Assembly (NCBI GenBank): GCA_964417955.1
Contig: CAYQKK010000002.1
Span: 83,753 to 147,752, forward strand
DNA length: 64,000 nt
Direction of reading: 5' to 3'
Origin: an uncultured Planctomycetaceae bacterium
Lineage (GTDB): Bacteria > Planctomycetota > UBA1135 > GCA-002686595
The notes under the pieces were generated by a model. It made no database searches. It was not told where the DNA came from and saw nothing but the letters and a program-made list of their open reading frames with translations. This document shows, in pieces, positions 55,900 to 64,000 of this stretch. The first letter of the stretch is position 1. Every line of letters begins with the position of its first letter. The position numbers and the translations under genes are program-made.

Positions 55900-57774
55900 A
55901 TGATCCACTCCACTTCCTTCCCGGCTACACGCGTGCTCGCCGGGGTGTTCGCTCCGTTTGCGCTTTCGGTTGCGGCTTCGGCCCAACTCACGGTGGTCAG
56001 CGTGGAGCCCGCCATGAACGCCGGCAACGTGCTACCGAACGCGGACATCGTGGTGAGCTTCGACCGAGCGATCGACCTCAGCGCCCTACCCCCTGCGACC
56101 GACGACCTCAAGGTGTTCGGCAAGTCAACGGGTCCCGCGGCGGGCACCTGGACACTGGACGCCGGCGGCCTCGCGGCTCGCTTCACTCCGTCCGCCCCCT
56201 TCGCCGCCGGTGAGATCGTCCAGCTGGGCGTCTCCCATGACCTCGTCGCGGCGGACGGATCCCCGCTGAGGAGCGCAGGCTTCCAGAGTGAGTTCCGGAT
56301 CCGCACGCGCCCCGCGTCGCTGACTTTCACCGAAAGAGACACGCTCAACGTCCGCTCGCCCCAGGGGGGCGGCGTGCGCGTCTACGGCGGTCAGGCCTCT
56401 GACCTCAACGACGACGGGTTCGTGGATCTCGCGATCGTCAACCAAGACTCCTCGGACATCCGCGTCTTCCTGAACCGCGCGGACGGCACGCCGACCTTCG
56501 AGCCGTTCCTGACGCCGCCCGCCGCCACCGGCAACACCCCGAGTCCGAACGAGTCCTGTGACATGAACGGCGACGGGCTCATGGATATCGTGACGGGCGA
56601 CAAGTTCGGCGACACCGTCTCCGTGCTCATGGGGCGCGGGGACGGCACGTTTGATCCGAGCGTGCAGTACGCGATGGGCGACCTGCCCCGGGGCCTCGCC
56701 GTGTTCGACATGGACGGCGACGGTGACAGCGACGTGGTGAGCGCGAACGCAAACTCCAGCAACCTTGCCATCCGATTGAACAACGGCGACGGGACCCTCG
56801 GGCCCCAGACCTCGTTCAACGGCGGCGGCAACCTTGAGTGGGGCCTTGCGTCGGGCGACATGAACAACGACGGCATCATCGACCTCGTCGTGGGAGCCCA
56901 GGGTTCCCAGCGCCTCATCGTTTGGCTCGGCGACGGCGACGGCACGTTCACCCAGGGCGGCGTCCTCAACGGCGCGGGTCGCGTTTGGATGGTGGTCCTC
57001 GGTGACATCAACGGGGACGGCTACCTCGACGCCTCGACCAGCAACGGCGTGGACGCCTCCGGCACGATCGCTCTGGGCGACGGCAACGGCGGCCTGTCGA
57101 TGCAGCAGGTGCAATCCACGGGCGGGCTCGTCGTCGCCACCGACCTCGGCGACCTCGATGGTGACGGCGACCTCGATTGGATCATGTCGGCCTTCAGCGG
57201 TGGCTCGTGGGCCATGCTCGAGAACGACGGCGCCGGCAACTTCTCCACCGAGACGGTATTCATCGCAAGCGACCACCCCGCGTGCGCACTCCTCTTTGAC
57301 TTCGACGGAGACCAAGACCTAGACATCGCGCTGCTCGACGAGATCGCCGACGAGGTCGTCCTGTGGGAGAATACCTCTCCCGAGACGAACTTCTGCTCGC
57401 CCGCGGCCAACTCCACGGGCCTTCCGGCCACCGTCAGCTTCACGGGCAGCACCGCCATCGCGGACAACGACGTCACCCTCCACGTGGGCCCGATGCCCGA
57501 CGGGTTCGGTTTCTTCTTCTACGGCCAGTCCACTGCGCCTGGAACCTCGGTGGGCAACGGAGTGCTCTGCCTCGGCGGCTCGCTCTTCCGCAGCACGCCC
57601 GCCTTCGCGTCGGGCAACCTCCTCTCTACGCCCTTCGACCTCGCGAACCCGCCCGTCCCCGCCGCGGCGATCCTCTCGGGCAGCACCTGGAACTTCCAGC
57701 TGGTGTTCCGCGACACAGAGGGCGGCGGCGCCGGCTTCAACTTCTCGGACGGCCTGCAGCTGACGTTCAATTGA
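55900..57774 (+). CDS. Secreted Ig-like + FG-GAP repeat protein with C-terminal two-Cys module
   Basis: Signal ending AASA|Q; VSVEP...IVVSFDRAID Ig-like domain; DLNDDG / DMNGDG repeats; module at 57382-57774. Confidence 0.85.
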   Translation: MIHSTSFPATRVLAGVFAPFALSVAASAQLTVVSVEPAMNAGNVLPNADIVVSFDRAIDLSALPPATDDLKVFGKSTGPAAGTWTLDAGGLAARFTPSAPFAAGEIVQLGVSHDLVAADGSPLRSAGFQSEFRIRTRPASLTFTERDTLNVRSPQGGGVRVYGGQASDLNDDGFVDLAIVNQDSSDIRVFLNRADGTPTFEPFLTPPAATGNTPSPNESCDMNGDGLMDIVTGDKFGDTVSVLMGRGDGTFDPSVQYAMGDLPRGLAVFDMDGDGDSDVVSANANSSNLAIRLNNGDGTLGPQTSFNGGGNLEWGLASGDMNNDGIIDLVVGAQGSQRLIVWLGDGDGTFTQGGVLNGAGRVWMVVLGDINGDGYLDASTSNGVDASGTIALGDGNGGLSMQQVQSTGGLVVATDLGDLDGDGDLDWIMSAFSGGSWAMLENDGAGNFSTETVFIASDHPACALLFDFDGDQDLDIALLDEIADEVVLWENTSPETNFCSPAANSTGLPATVSFTGSTAIADNDVTLHVGPMPDGFGFFFYGQSTAPGTSVGNGVLCLGGSLFRSTPAFASGNLLSTPFDLANPPVPAAAILSGSTWNFQLVFRDTEGGGAGFNFSDGLQLTFN

Positions 57775-57839
57775 CGGCAGGGGGTCAGGGGCGTCAGTGA
57801 CGAATCGCTTCTGCTGCGGCGCTGCTATCCTGATCCCCC

Positions 57840-58373
57840 ATGCAAAGCGTTCCTCAACTTCAAACCGCGCGGCTGCGGCTGCGTGGGCATCGTGCGGCCG
57901 ACCACCTGCCGGCAGTAAAGATCTGGCAGCGAGAGGAGGTCTACGCTTCGATCACTGGCGTGCCGCTGGACTCAGGTGAAGTTTGGCAGCGCCTGCTTCG
58001 GTATAGCGGGCTCTGGGACTTCCTGGGCTTTGGGTACTGGGCCGTTGAGGATCGCTCGAGCGGTGCCTACATCGGCCAGATGGGGTTCGCCGACTTCAAG
58101 CGCGGCGTCGCTGGCCTTGAAGACGGGTGCCCGGAAGCGGGCTGGGCCATGCACCCCGAATGGAGAGGGCAAGGATTCGCCAGCGAAGGGATGGCCGCTG
58201 CGTGTCGATGGCTAGATGAAGAAACCGACTGGAAGCGAAGCTCGTGCATCATCGGCGCAGACAACGCGACCTCGATCCGGCTCGCGGAGAGGCTTGGGTA
58301 TCGCCTAGCGCTCACTACGGAGTTCCGATCGGAGCCCACGGGCCTGTATCACCGCGAGCGCGGTGCGAGCTGA
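57840..58373 (+). CDS. GNAT acetyltransferase (RimJ/RimL family)
   Basis: LQTARLRLRG, GFGYWAVEDR, PEAGW, WRGQGFASE, IRLAERLGY. Confidence 0.85.
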   Translation: MQSVPQLQTARLRLRGHRAADHLPAVKIWQREEVYASITGVPLDSGEVWQRLLRYSGLWDFLGFGYWAVEDRSSGAYIGQMGFADFKRGVAGLEDGCPEAGWAMHPEWRGQGFASEGMAAACRWLDEETDWKRSSCIIGADNATSIRLAERLGYRLALTTEFRSEPTGLYHRERGAS

Positions 58374-58390
58374 GACTTTACGCTAGTGGG

Positions 58391-59431
58391 ATGACCTTCT
58401 TCCCAGATCATCTCCATGTGACGCGGCCCCAAGCCGCAGCCGTCCTGCTGCTCCTAGCAGGTTCACTCGCCTCGTGCGCTCCGACCTCTAGCGCCTCATC
58501 AGGGGATTCCGATGGACAGTCCGCGGCTGAGTCTTCCGCGGCTGAGTCTTCCGCGGCTGAGTCTTCCGCGGCAGAATCTTCCGCGGCAGATTCCCCCGCG
58601 GCAGTCACCACTGACGAACCGGAGGGCGACGCAGTCCAAAGCGAACCCGCCGGGCTCCTTGGTATGGAGTCGCGCATGGAGAAGGTCAGCTCCATGATGG
58701 CTCAACTAGAAGAGCTGGGTGATACACCGGACCCTAAGTGGTTCAAGCCATCGGCGATGCTCAGGGACTCGCTGTTCGATCTCGACGCGCTCAAGGAGCA
58801 CTTCTCCATCGAAGAGAAGCGGTCAGGCGGCCTGCGGATGCACGCTCAGCAGGACCCGGAGGGCGCTTGGTACATCAACTTTGAAGAGGGCGCCATGGAC
58901 ACAGCCGCCCCCGCGGCGGCCTGCGCTATCGAAGTCACCGTGCACGCAAAGCGCGCGTTCGAACGCTTCCTTCCGAATAGTCGCGTGAGCCCGAATGTCA
59001 AGACCCCCGCGGAGCAGGCATCGGAGTTCCTTGGGGGCATCTCGGCCGTAGAAACCTCGGGCACGAAGATGGAGGAGTTGCTTGAGAAGGCGCGCGCCGA
59101 GGGACGTGAGATTCCGCCCGCGCTGCTGGAACGCATGGCGAAGTTGGACCTCCGGCGTGCGCTCTACCACCCCCTGGAAATGGACTGGGGCGACGAAGTC
59201 TGGGCCGGGGTCCTGCGCAGCGACAAGGCCGTGTATGGCAACGCCGTGGTCGCCCGCAAACACAAGCATGTCATCATGCTGGAATGGCGGGGACCCGCCC
59301 TCGAGGACGGCGACGAGCTGCTGGCCTTTGTGGAGCCTCACTTGAACCGGATCGCCAAGCTCAAGCCGGGGGAAAGCTGGGTGGACGAGTGGCAGGATTC
59401 CTTCGAGATGATCTACGAAAAGGACGAGTAG
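58391..59431 (+). CDS. Hypothetical lipoprotein with an SAAES tandem-repeat linker
   Basis: Lipobox LAS|C from ATG 58391, which follows a TACGCT box. Confidence 0.75.
   Translation: MTFFPDHLHVTRPQAAAVLLLLAGSLASCAPTSSASSGDSDGQSAAESSAAESSAAESSAAESSAADSPAAVTTDEPEGDAVQSEPAGLLGMESRMEKVSSMMAQLEELGDTPDPKWFKPSAMLRDSLFDLDALKEHFSIEEKRSGGLRMHAQQDPEGAWYINFEEGAMDTAAPAAACAIEVTVHAKRAFERFLPNSRVSPNVKTPAEQASEFLGGISAVETSGTKMEELLEKARAEGREIPPALLERMAKLDLRRALYHPLEMDWGDEVWAGVLRSDKAVYGNAVVARKHKHVIMLEWRGPALEDGDELLAFVEPHLNRIAKLKPGESWVDEWQDSFEMIYEKDE
58520..58604 (+). repeat. In-frame 15-bp tandem repeat, about 5.7 units (SAAES)n
   Basis: TCCGCGGCTGAGTCT x3, then TCCGCGGCAGAATCT, TCCGCGGCAGATTCC and a partial unit. 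Confidence 0.95.
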
Positions 59432-59444
59432 GACGGGCGTCTCG

Positions 59445-59738
59445 TCAGCGGGCCGGGGGGACCTTCCGTCCCATTTTCGCCAATGCGCTGACCACCTCGG
59501 CACGATCGGGCTCGTCCATAGCGGCCATTTCCTCGCGGATCTTCTGGTCGCTCATGTGGCTGAGGAGGTCGGCCATGCGCTTCTCGATCTTGCTCTGACG
59601 GCGCAGGGCCAGCGCATGGGCGGCCACGGCGCCGCCGATCATGACCGCAGCACCCGGCAGCCTCCATCGATCGTATACGGCCAAGGTGAGGATGCCGACC
59701 ACGAGGGCAAAGGCGACCAGAAGAGGGTACTGCTTCAT
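59445..59738 (-). CDS. Small two-TM membrane protein
   Basis: MKQYPLLVAFALVVGILTLAVY...; ATG 59738 preceded by TACCGT-N6. Confidence 0.65.
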   Translation of the reverse strand: MKQYPLLVAFALVVGILTLAVYDRWRLPGAAVMIGGAVAAHALALRRQSKIEKRMADLLSHMSDQKIREEMAAMDEPDRAEVVSALAKMGRKVPPAR

Positions 59739-59864
59739 CGCGGTACGGTAGCAGGTGGTGCGACTTTCGAAGTTGATCTGTTGATGACTCAGCCCTTGAA
59801 CAGTTGAGGACCTGTGGGTGCGCGGCATTCACTCCTCAATTTCATTCTCACCGGCTACTGTCCC

Positions 59865-60716
59865 ATGTCAGCAACTCTCTTCGTCCGAAGCCTCCTGGTT
59901 TCGGCCCTCCTGGTCCCCGCGTTCACGTCCTGCAGCTCGTCCGACGACGACGGCAATCAAACGCAGGCGCCCCCGTCCGTCACGGTGGACAACCTCATCT
60001 CCGATATCGCGCTGGATGGAGTGACGGGCGTTGTGACGGTCGAGTCGGGCAGCGCGCCGGCGGGCTCGGACGCGGGCGCGGTCATCGACTTCATGGGAGG
60101 CGGTACCGTTGCCCAGGGAAGCACCGCGCAGTCGATCATTTCCTCAACGGACGCCCTCGACGCCATCATCATCCGCCTTGGGGGCGTCAGCGGCTTCTAT
60201 CAGATCGCGTTGGACAACCCGGAAACGTCCATCAGCGCGCTCTTGTCGCTGGCGTCGACGGCGCCAGCCGGAGCGGTCGATTGCATCTATCAGGGCCGTC
60301 GCGCCGGTGACACGTCGTTCGGTGAGCCGCTGACGGTCCCCATCGAAGTCCTCAGCGTGGGATCGGGCGAGCTGCAAATCAACCTGACTTGGAACACCGA
60401 CGCGGACCTCGACCTGCACCTCTTCGAGCCGGACGACACGCACATCTTCTACGGGAACACGATGTCGGCCGCCGGCGGCGAGCTCGACCTGGACGCCAAC
60501 GTCGGCTGCGGCAACGTAGGCGTGGAGAACATCTTCTACAACGAAATCCCGCCCACCGGCCAGTTCCGCGTCGCAGTCGACAACTTCTCTGAGTGCTCCC
60601 AGACCACGAGCGAATACGTCGTGACCGTCTCCTTGCCGGGTCAAGATCCCATGGTCCTCAACGGCTCCATCACCGAAGCGGACGGCCTTATGGACGTCTT
60701 CACGTTCGACCTGTAG
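59865..60716 (+). CDS. Lipoprotein with a YfaP/DUF2135-like domain
   Basis: Lipobox FTS|C; LQINLTWNTDADLDLHLFEP, GGELDLDAN, ENIFY. Confidence 0.8.
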   Translation: MSATLFVRSLLVSALLVPAFTSCSSSDDDGNQTQAPPSVTVDNLISDIALDGVTGVVTVESGSAPAGSDAGAVIDFMGGGTVAQGSTAQSIISSTDALDAIIIRLGGVSGFYQIALDNPETSISALLSLASTAPAGAVDCIYQGRRAGDTSFGEPLTVPIEVLSVGSGELQINLTWNTDADLDLHLFEPDDTHIFYGNTMSAAGGELDLDANVGCGNVGVENIFYNEIPPTGQFRVAVDNFSECSQTTSEYVVTVSLPGQDPMVLNGSITEADGLMDVFTFDL

Positions 60717-60733
60717 GCCAAGGACCAAGGGCC

Positions 60734-62068
60734 ATGCGTTCCGGATTCAACCGCGAAGTGAAGGGGCTTCTCGCCGCTGGCCTGTTGGCCGTGGCGGTGG
60801 TGGCGGGCGTGAGCTTTGGCACGGGCCAAGTGCATGCATTTGCCAGCGGGATCCAGCCTTCGAACGGCGACGCGCCAAGTGGGCGCCAGCTACAGGAGAG
60901 ACCGGCGGAGCCCAAGGTGCAAGTGAACGGCTTGGAGGAACCCTTCCAAGGTCACCCCCGTGGGGAAGCTGCGGCCGCGCCCGTGACCGTGGCTCCAAGG
61001 ACCCTCCGTCCTCGCAAGCTTCCCGTCCGAGGCCGCGTTGTCGACCTGGGTGGCTACGGGGTGTCGGGGGCCGGAGTTCGGACCTCGAAGAATCGGCTCG
61101 AACAGCCCCATCCCACCACAGACGCCAACGGGCACTTCACCCTCGAAGTCGAGGGCGGCGGAAGTCTGCTTGAGCTAGGCGAGACTTCCGGCTACGTGGC
61201 GCTCGCGTCTACGCGCGCCGGAGACCGCAAGGATGGTCTCGTCGTTGCAACGTCGACGATGAGTCCACTGCAGGTAGAGGTCGTCGACGCCAGGACGGGG
61301 CTCGCATTGCCAGGGGCTAGGGTGGAGCTCGCCATTGATGAGGAGAGCGTCCTCGGCGCGCGGCTGAGTGAACAGATGGCGCGCGAGCCGCGGCTTCACC
61401 TCGTTCCGCATCTCAGCCCGAGCGACGTCGCGGGAGTGGCCTTCTTCGCGGCCCCACCGGCTGGCTTAGAACTCGAGTGTGCCGTGAGCCGTCCGGGCTA
61501 CGACCCCCAGAAGGTGGAGCTCACTTCGGCCTCCACTCTTCGAATGGAACTGAACCCGACGTCATTGGCAACCGCCACGACTGGGCGGGTCATCGACGCT
61601 GCGGGCGCTCCCGTCGCCGGCGCAGAAGTTGCTTCTGGCCAGTGGCTCGTGAGAACGCGGCGGGATGGGACCTTCACCCTCAATGGCGCCTTCGAGGAAG
61701 GAACATCCACGGTCTCGGTCTATCATCCGCAGCACGGCGTCGCGAGCGATGTCGCATCCAGCGCTGACCACGGGGACATTGTCCTCCCTTCCATGCCGCC
61801 GGCGAATCCCCTCCCGCTTCGCAGCGCGCAAGGAGTGGCGCTCTCCTCGGTGCGCGTAGTGCCTCTGGCGGAGAACGGCGAGCCAAATCCGTTCGCCCCC
61901 CACTGGCAGTGCGCCCAAGCCGACGCGGACGGGCGCCTAGCCCTGCGCGCCCAGCTTGAAGGCGAAGCCACCCTCGGGCGAGTTGCGGTCGCCAAGGATG
62001 GCTCGGTCCTGGGACGCGTCGCCCTGAACGCGGCAGGCGACAGCTGGATCGTTCAGAGCCTCAAATAG
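60734..62068 (+). CDS. Membrane-anchored carboxypeptidase-regulatory-like domain protein
   Basis: N-terminal TM from ATG 60734; GRVVDLGG, TTDANGHF, GRVIDAAGAPVAGAEV. Confidence 0.7.
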   Translation: MRSGFNREVKGLLAAGLLAVAVVAGVSFGTGQVHAFASGIQPSNGDAPSGRQLQERPAEPKVQVNGLEEPFQGHPRGEAAAAPVTVAPRTLRPRKLPVRGRVVDLGGYGVSGAGVRTSKNRLEQPHPTTDANGHFTLEVEGGGSLLELGETSGYVALASTRAGDRKDGLVVATSTMSPLQVEVVDARTGLALPGARVELAIDEESVLGARLSEQMAREPRLHLVPHLSPSDVAGVAFFAAPPAGLELECAVSRPGYDPQKVELTSASTLRMELNPTSLATATTGRVIDAAGAPVAGAEVASGQWLVRTRRDGTFTLNGAFEEGTSTVSVYHPQHGVASDVASSADHGDIVLPSMPPANPLPLRSAQGVALSSVRVVPLAENGEPNPFAPHWQCAQADADGRLALRAQLEGEATLGRVAVAKDGSVLGRVALNAAGDSWIVQSLK

Positions 62069-62103
62069 TCCCCACTCTTCCCCGCGGAGCGGAAAGCCAA
62101 GCC

Positions 62104-62772
62104 TCAGTCGAATGCGCGCAGGCCGTAGGAGCCGATTCGCTTTCCGATCCAAGAGGCCCGCTTGTCGATGGGGATGACGATGAGGGCCTGGTCGCTCCAC
62201 GCGCCCCCAATGGGGAAGAGCTCCATGATCCCGAGCCCGCGCTCGGAGAGCTCCCGGCACAGCTCGCTCCAAACGTAGCCCTGCGCGTCGGGAGCCTCGT
62301 CCATCTCTTCCTCCAGCACCTCAAGATCGTCCTGCGCGAGCGCAGGCTTCCCGTGCTGCACAAGAATGCCGTTGAGGAGCCTGCCGATCTCGATTGGATC
62401 CCAGTGACCCAGAGTCATGACGAGAGAGTGCTCAGCCAGCACGTCGTAGGCCGTCATCAGAAGGTCGTCTTGGCTCTCCTCTCTTTCGTCCTCGATCGCA
62501 AGCTCGATGGCTTGCTCGAGTTCGACCAGCGCCTGCGGCACCATGGGCGCCACGTCGCCCACGAGACGAGCCATCTCAGCTGGCGTCGGCACTACGGTCG
62601 TCAGGTCCTCGTCGCGCTGGTCCAACGCGCCACCGAGCATGCCAGCCACCATGCCCTCGACCTCATCGAGAGCCGCCTGCTGCTCCTCCTCCGTTTCGAT
62701 GCCGTCAAGCTGGACGGTAAAACCGAGGGACTCAAGGGCTTGCACGCGATCGGAGACGGATGGTTGGGTCAT
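62104..62772 (-). CDS. Hypothetical acidic cytoplasmic protein
   Basis: From ATG 62772 (MTQPSVSDRVQALESLGF); E/D-rich, protein-like composition. Confidence 0.6.
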   Translation of the reverse strand: MTQPSVSDRVQALESLGFTVQLDGIETEEEQQAALDEVEGMVAGMLGGALDQRDEDLTTVVPTPAEMARLVGDVAPMVPQALVELEQAIELAIEDEREESQDDLLMTAYDVLAEHSLVMTLGHWDPIEIGRLLNGILVQHGKPALAQDDLEVLEEEMDEAPDAQGYVWSELCRELSERGLGIMELFPIGGAWSDQALIVIPIDKRASWIGKRIGSYGLRAFD

Positions 62773-62942
62773 GTCGAGGTCGGATTCGTAGCGTGGAGGT
62801 GGATGAAGTTCGAGGCTCACAGCCTTCCACAAACAAGCTACTCGGCGCCTACGCACCGGGTGTCACAGGCACGTCACCGACCCATCACTGAAAACCTGAG
62901 TTTCCTGCAAGAATCGACGCGGCGGTGCAATCTCTCATTGGG

Positions 62943-64000
62943 ATGACACCGACAGACGAGCAGTCCTGGCTGGAGCATGCGCGCTGGGTGCGTGCTCTTG
63001 CGCAGGATGTGCTGAGGGACGCGCAGCTCGCGGAGAGCGTGATCCAGGAAGCGCTGATGGCGACCTGGCGCGGGCATTTGGCCGTGGGCAGTGATCCGGT
63101 GGGGCTGCGCCGCTGGCTCAAGGCCACCGCTCGCAACATCACGCGGATGAGCCGCCGGTCCGAGTCCTATCGGAGGGCCCGCGAGCAGGAGGTGGGTAGG
63201 GCGCGAGCGAACGCGCTCGATCCCATCGATGCCCGCATCGAGGTACAGCGGCGCGTGGCCAAGGCCGTGGCGGCGCTCGCGCCTGAGGATCGCGAGGTAG
63301 TGGCCCTGCGCTACTTCGACGGGCTGCCCGCCCGTGAAATCGCGGCGCGCCTTGGATTGACGCCGAACGCCGTGTCGAGCCGCCTTTCCCGTGCGCGCTC
63401 GAAGCTGCGTGCTGAGCTGGACGATCGCTCCTCGAAGGGCGGTACCTCCCCCACTTGGGCCCTCGTTGCGGCGATGCCTCCAAAGTCAGCGGCCTCCCGT
63501 TCGCTGGTCGCAAGCACATCTACTTCCCCTTGGATTCTCCCGCTCGCTATGAAAAAGCTCATCGTCGCCGCCGTCGCGGTCTCCCTCGTGATGCTCGGTG
63601 GCCTGTGGCTTGTCGACACGCAGTCCAACGTTCACGAACTGGAGACAACTAAGCCCACGATCTCTAGCACAGCGGTCAACGACGATCTCGTCGAGTTGTA
63701 CGCCCTTGAGCTCACAGAGGATCGCGCGCTCGCTGCGGCGCACGGGGTAGTCCATCCACCGAGTGAGCCAGAGGCCGCAGAGGTCCCCGCGGACCTATCC
63801 GGCTCTGTGCTCGTTCGTGTCGTAAGCGGCGAATCCGGGCTTCCCGTTCAGGGAGTCACCGTTAGCCTCTACAGCTCGGGAGCATCCAAGTGGTACGACT
63901 CCCGGAAGAGCTCCACGAATGAACGGGGAGAGGTGCTGTTCGCTGGTCAACCCGTCGCCCGCACCCAGGTGACAGCATGGCGAATGGGACTCAACGAAGA
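62943..64000 (+). CDS. ECF sigma-70 factor fused to a TM helix and an extracytoplasmic domain (truncated by window end)
   Basis: Not in the ORF track; translated by hand: HARWVRALAQDVLRDAQLAESVIQEA...RWLKATARN...VVALRYFDGLPAREIAARLGLTPNAVSSRLSRARSKLR, then MKKLIVAAVAVSLVMLGGLWL at 63549. Confidence 0.85.
   Translation, partial: MTPTDEQSWLEHARWVRALAQDVLRDAQLAESVIQEALMATWRGHLAVGSDPVGLRRWLKATARNITRMSRRSESYRRAREQEVGRARANALDPIDARIEVQRRVAKAVAALAPEDREVVALRYFDGLPAREIAARLGLTPNAVSSRLSRARSKLRAELDDRSSKGGTSPTWALVAAMPPKSAASRSLVASTSTSPWILPLAMKKLIVAAVAVSLVMLGGLWLVDTQSNVHELETTKPTISSTAVNDDLVELYALELTEDRALAAAHGVVHPPSEPEAAEVPADLSGSVLVRVVSGESGLPVQGVTVSLYSSGASKWYDSRKSSTNERGEVLFAGQPVARTQVTAWRMGLNE

Noticed and set aside
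58520-58604. Possible CRISPR array
   Set aside because: Contiguous 15-bp units without spacers, in frame within a CDS, and no cas genes
37670-62932. Shared GGTGCAATC upstream of 37612 (-) and 62943 (+)
   Set aside because: Distances to the start codons are very different and there are only two instances

Overview
GC-rich, gene-dense bacterial window with about 40 real CDSs. The protein styles (very long ECF sigma fusions, FG-GAP and beta-propeller secreted proteins, sulfatase, DUF1570-like protein) suggest a planctomycete; this is inference from recognition, not a search. No rRNA, tRNA, CRISPR array or transposase was found. Most short entries in the supplied ORF track are antisense or frame shadows. 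Main observations: (1) one ~135-aa two-cysteine module (YC-x4-NSTG...GNLCL...FQxWxRD...SNFSDGLxIxF) occurs in 7 unrelated secreted proteins, C-terminal in six and N-terminal in one, and is a candidate sorting or surface-anchoring domain; (2) two 168-bp intergenic hairpin elements bounded by CTAG (CAAG at one end) have unrelated ~57-bp arms but the same core motifs, so structure rather than sequence appears conserved; (3) at least 11 genes have a TANNNT box 6-7 nt before the start codon, implying widespread leaderless mRNAs; (4) an orphan FlgG-like protein carries a lipoprotein signal; (5) two ECF sigma-TM-extracytoplasmic fusions occur with sigma-less relatives; (6) an AviRa-like rRNA methyltransferase, a doubled and partly degenerate UvrA, an orphan dnaE2 and a CotH-kinase/arylsulfotransferase cluster are also present. 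All family calls come from motif recognition, not database searches.
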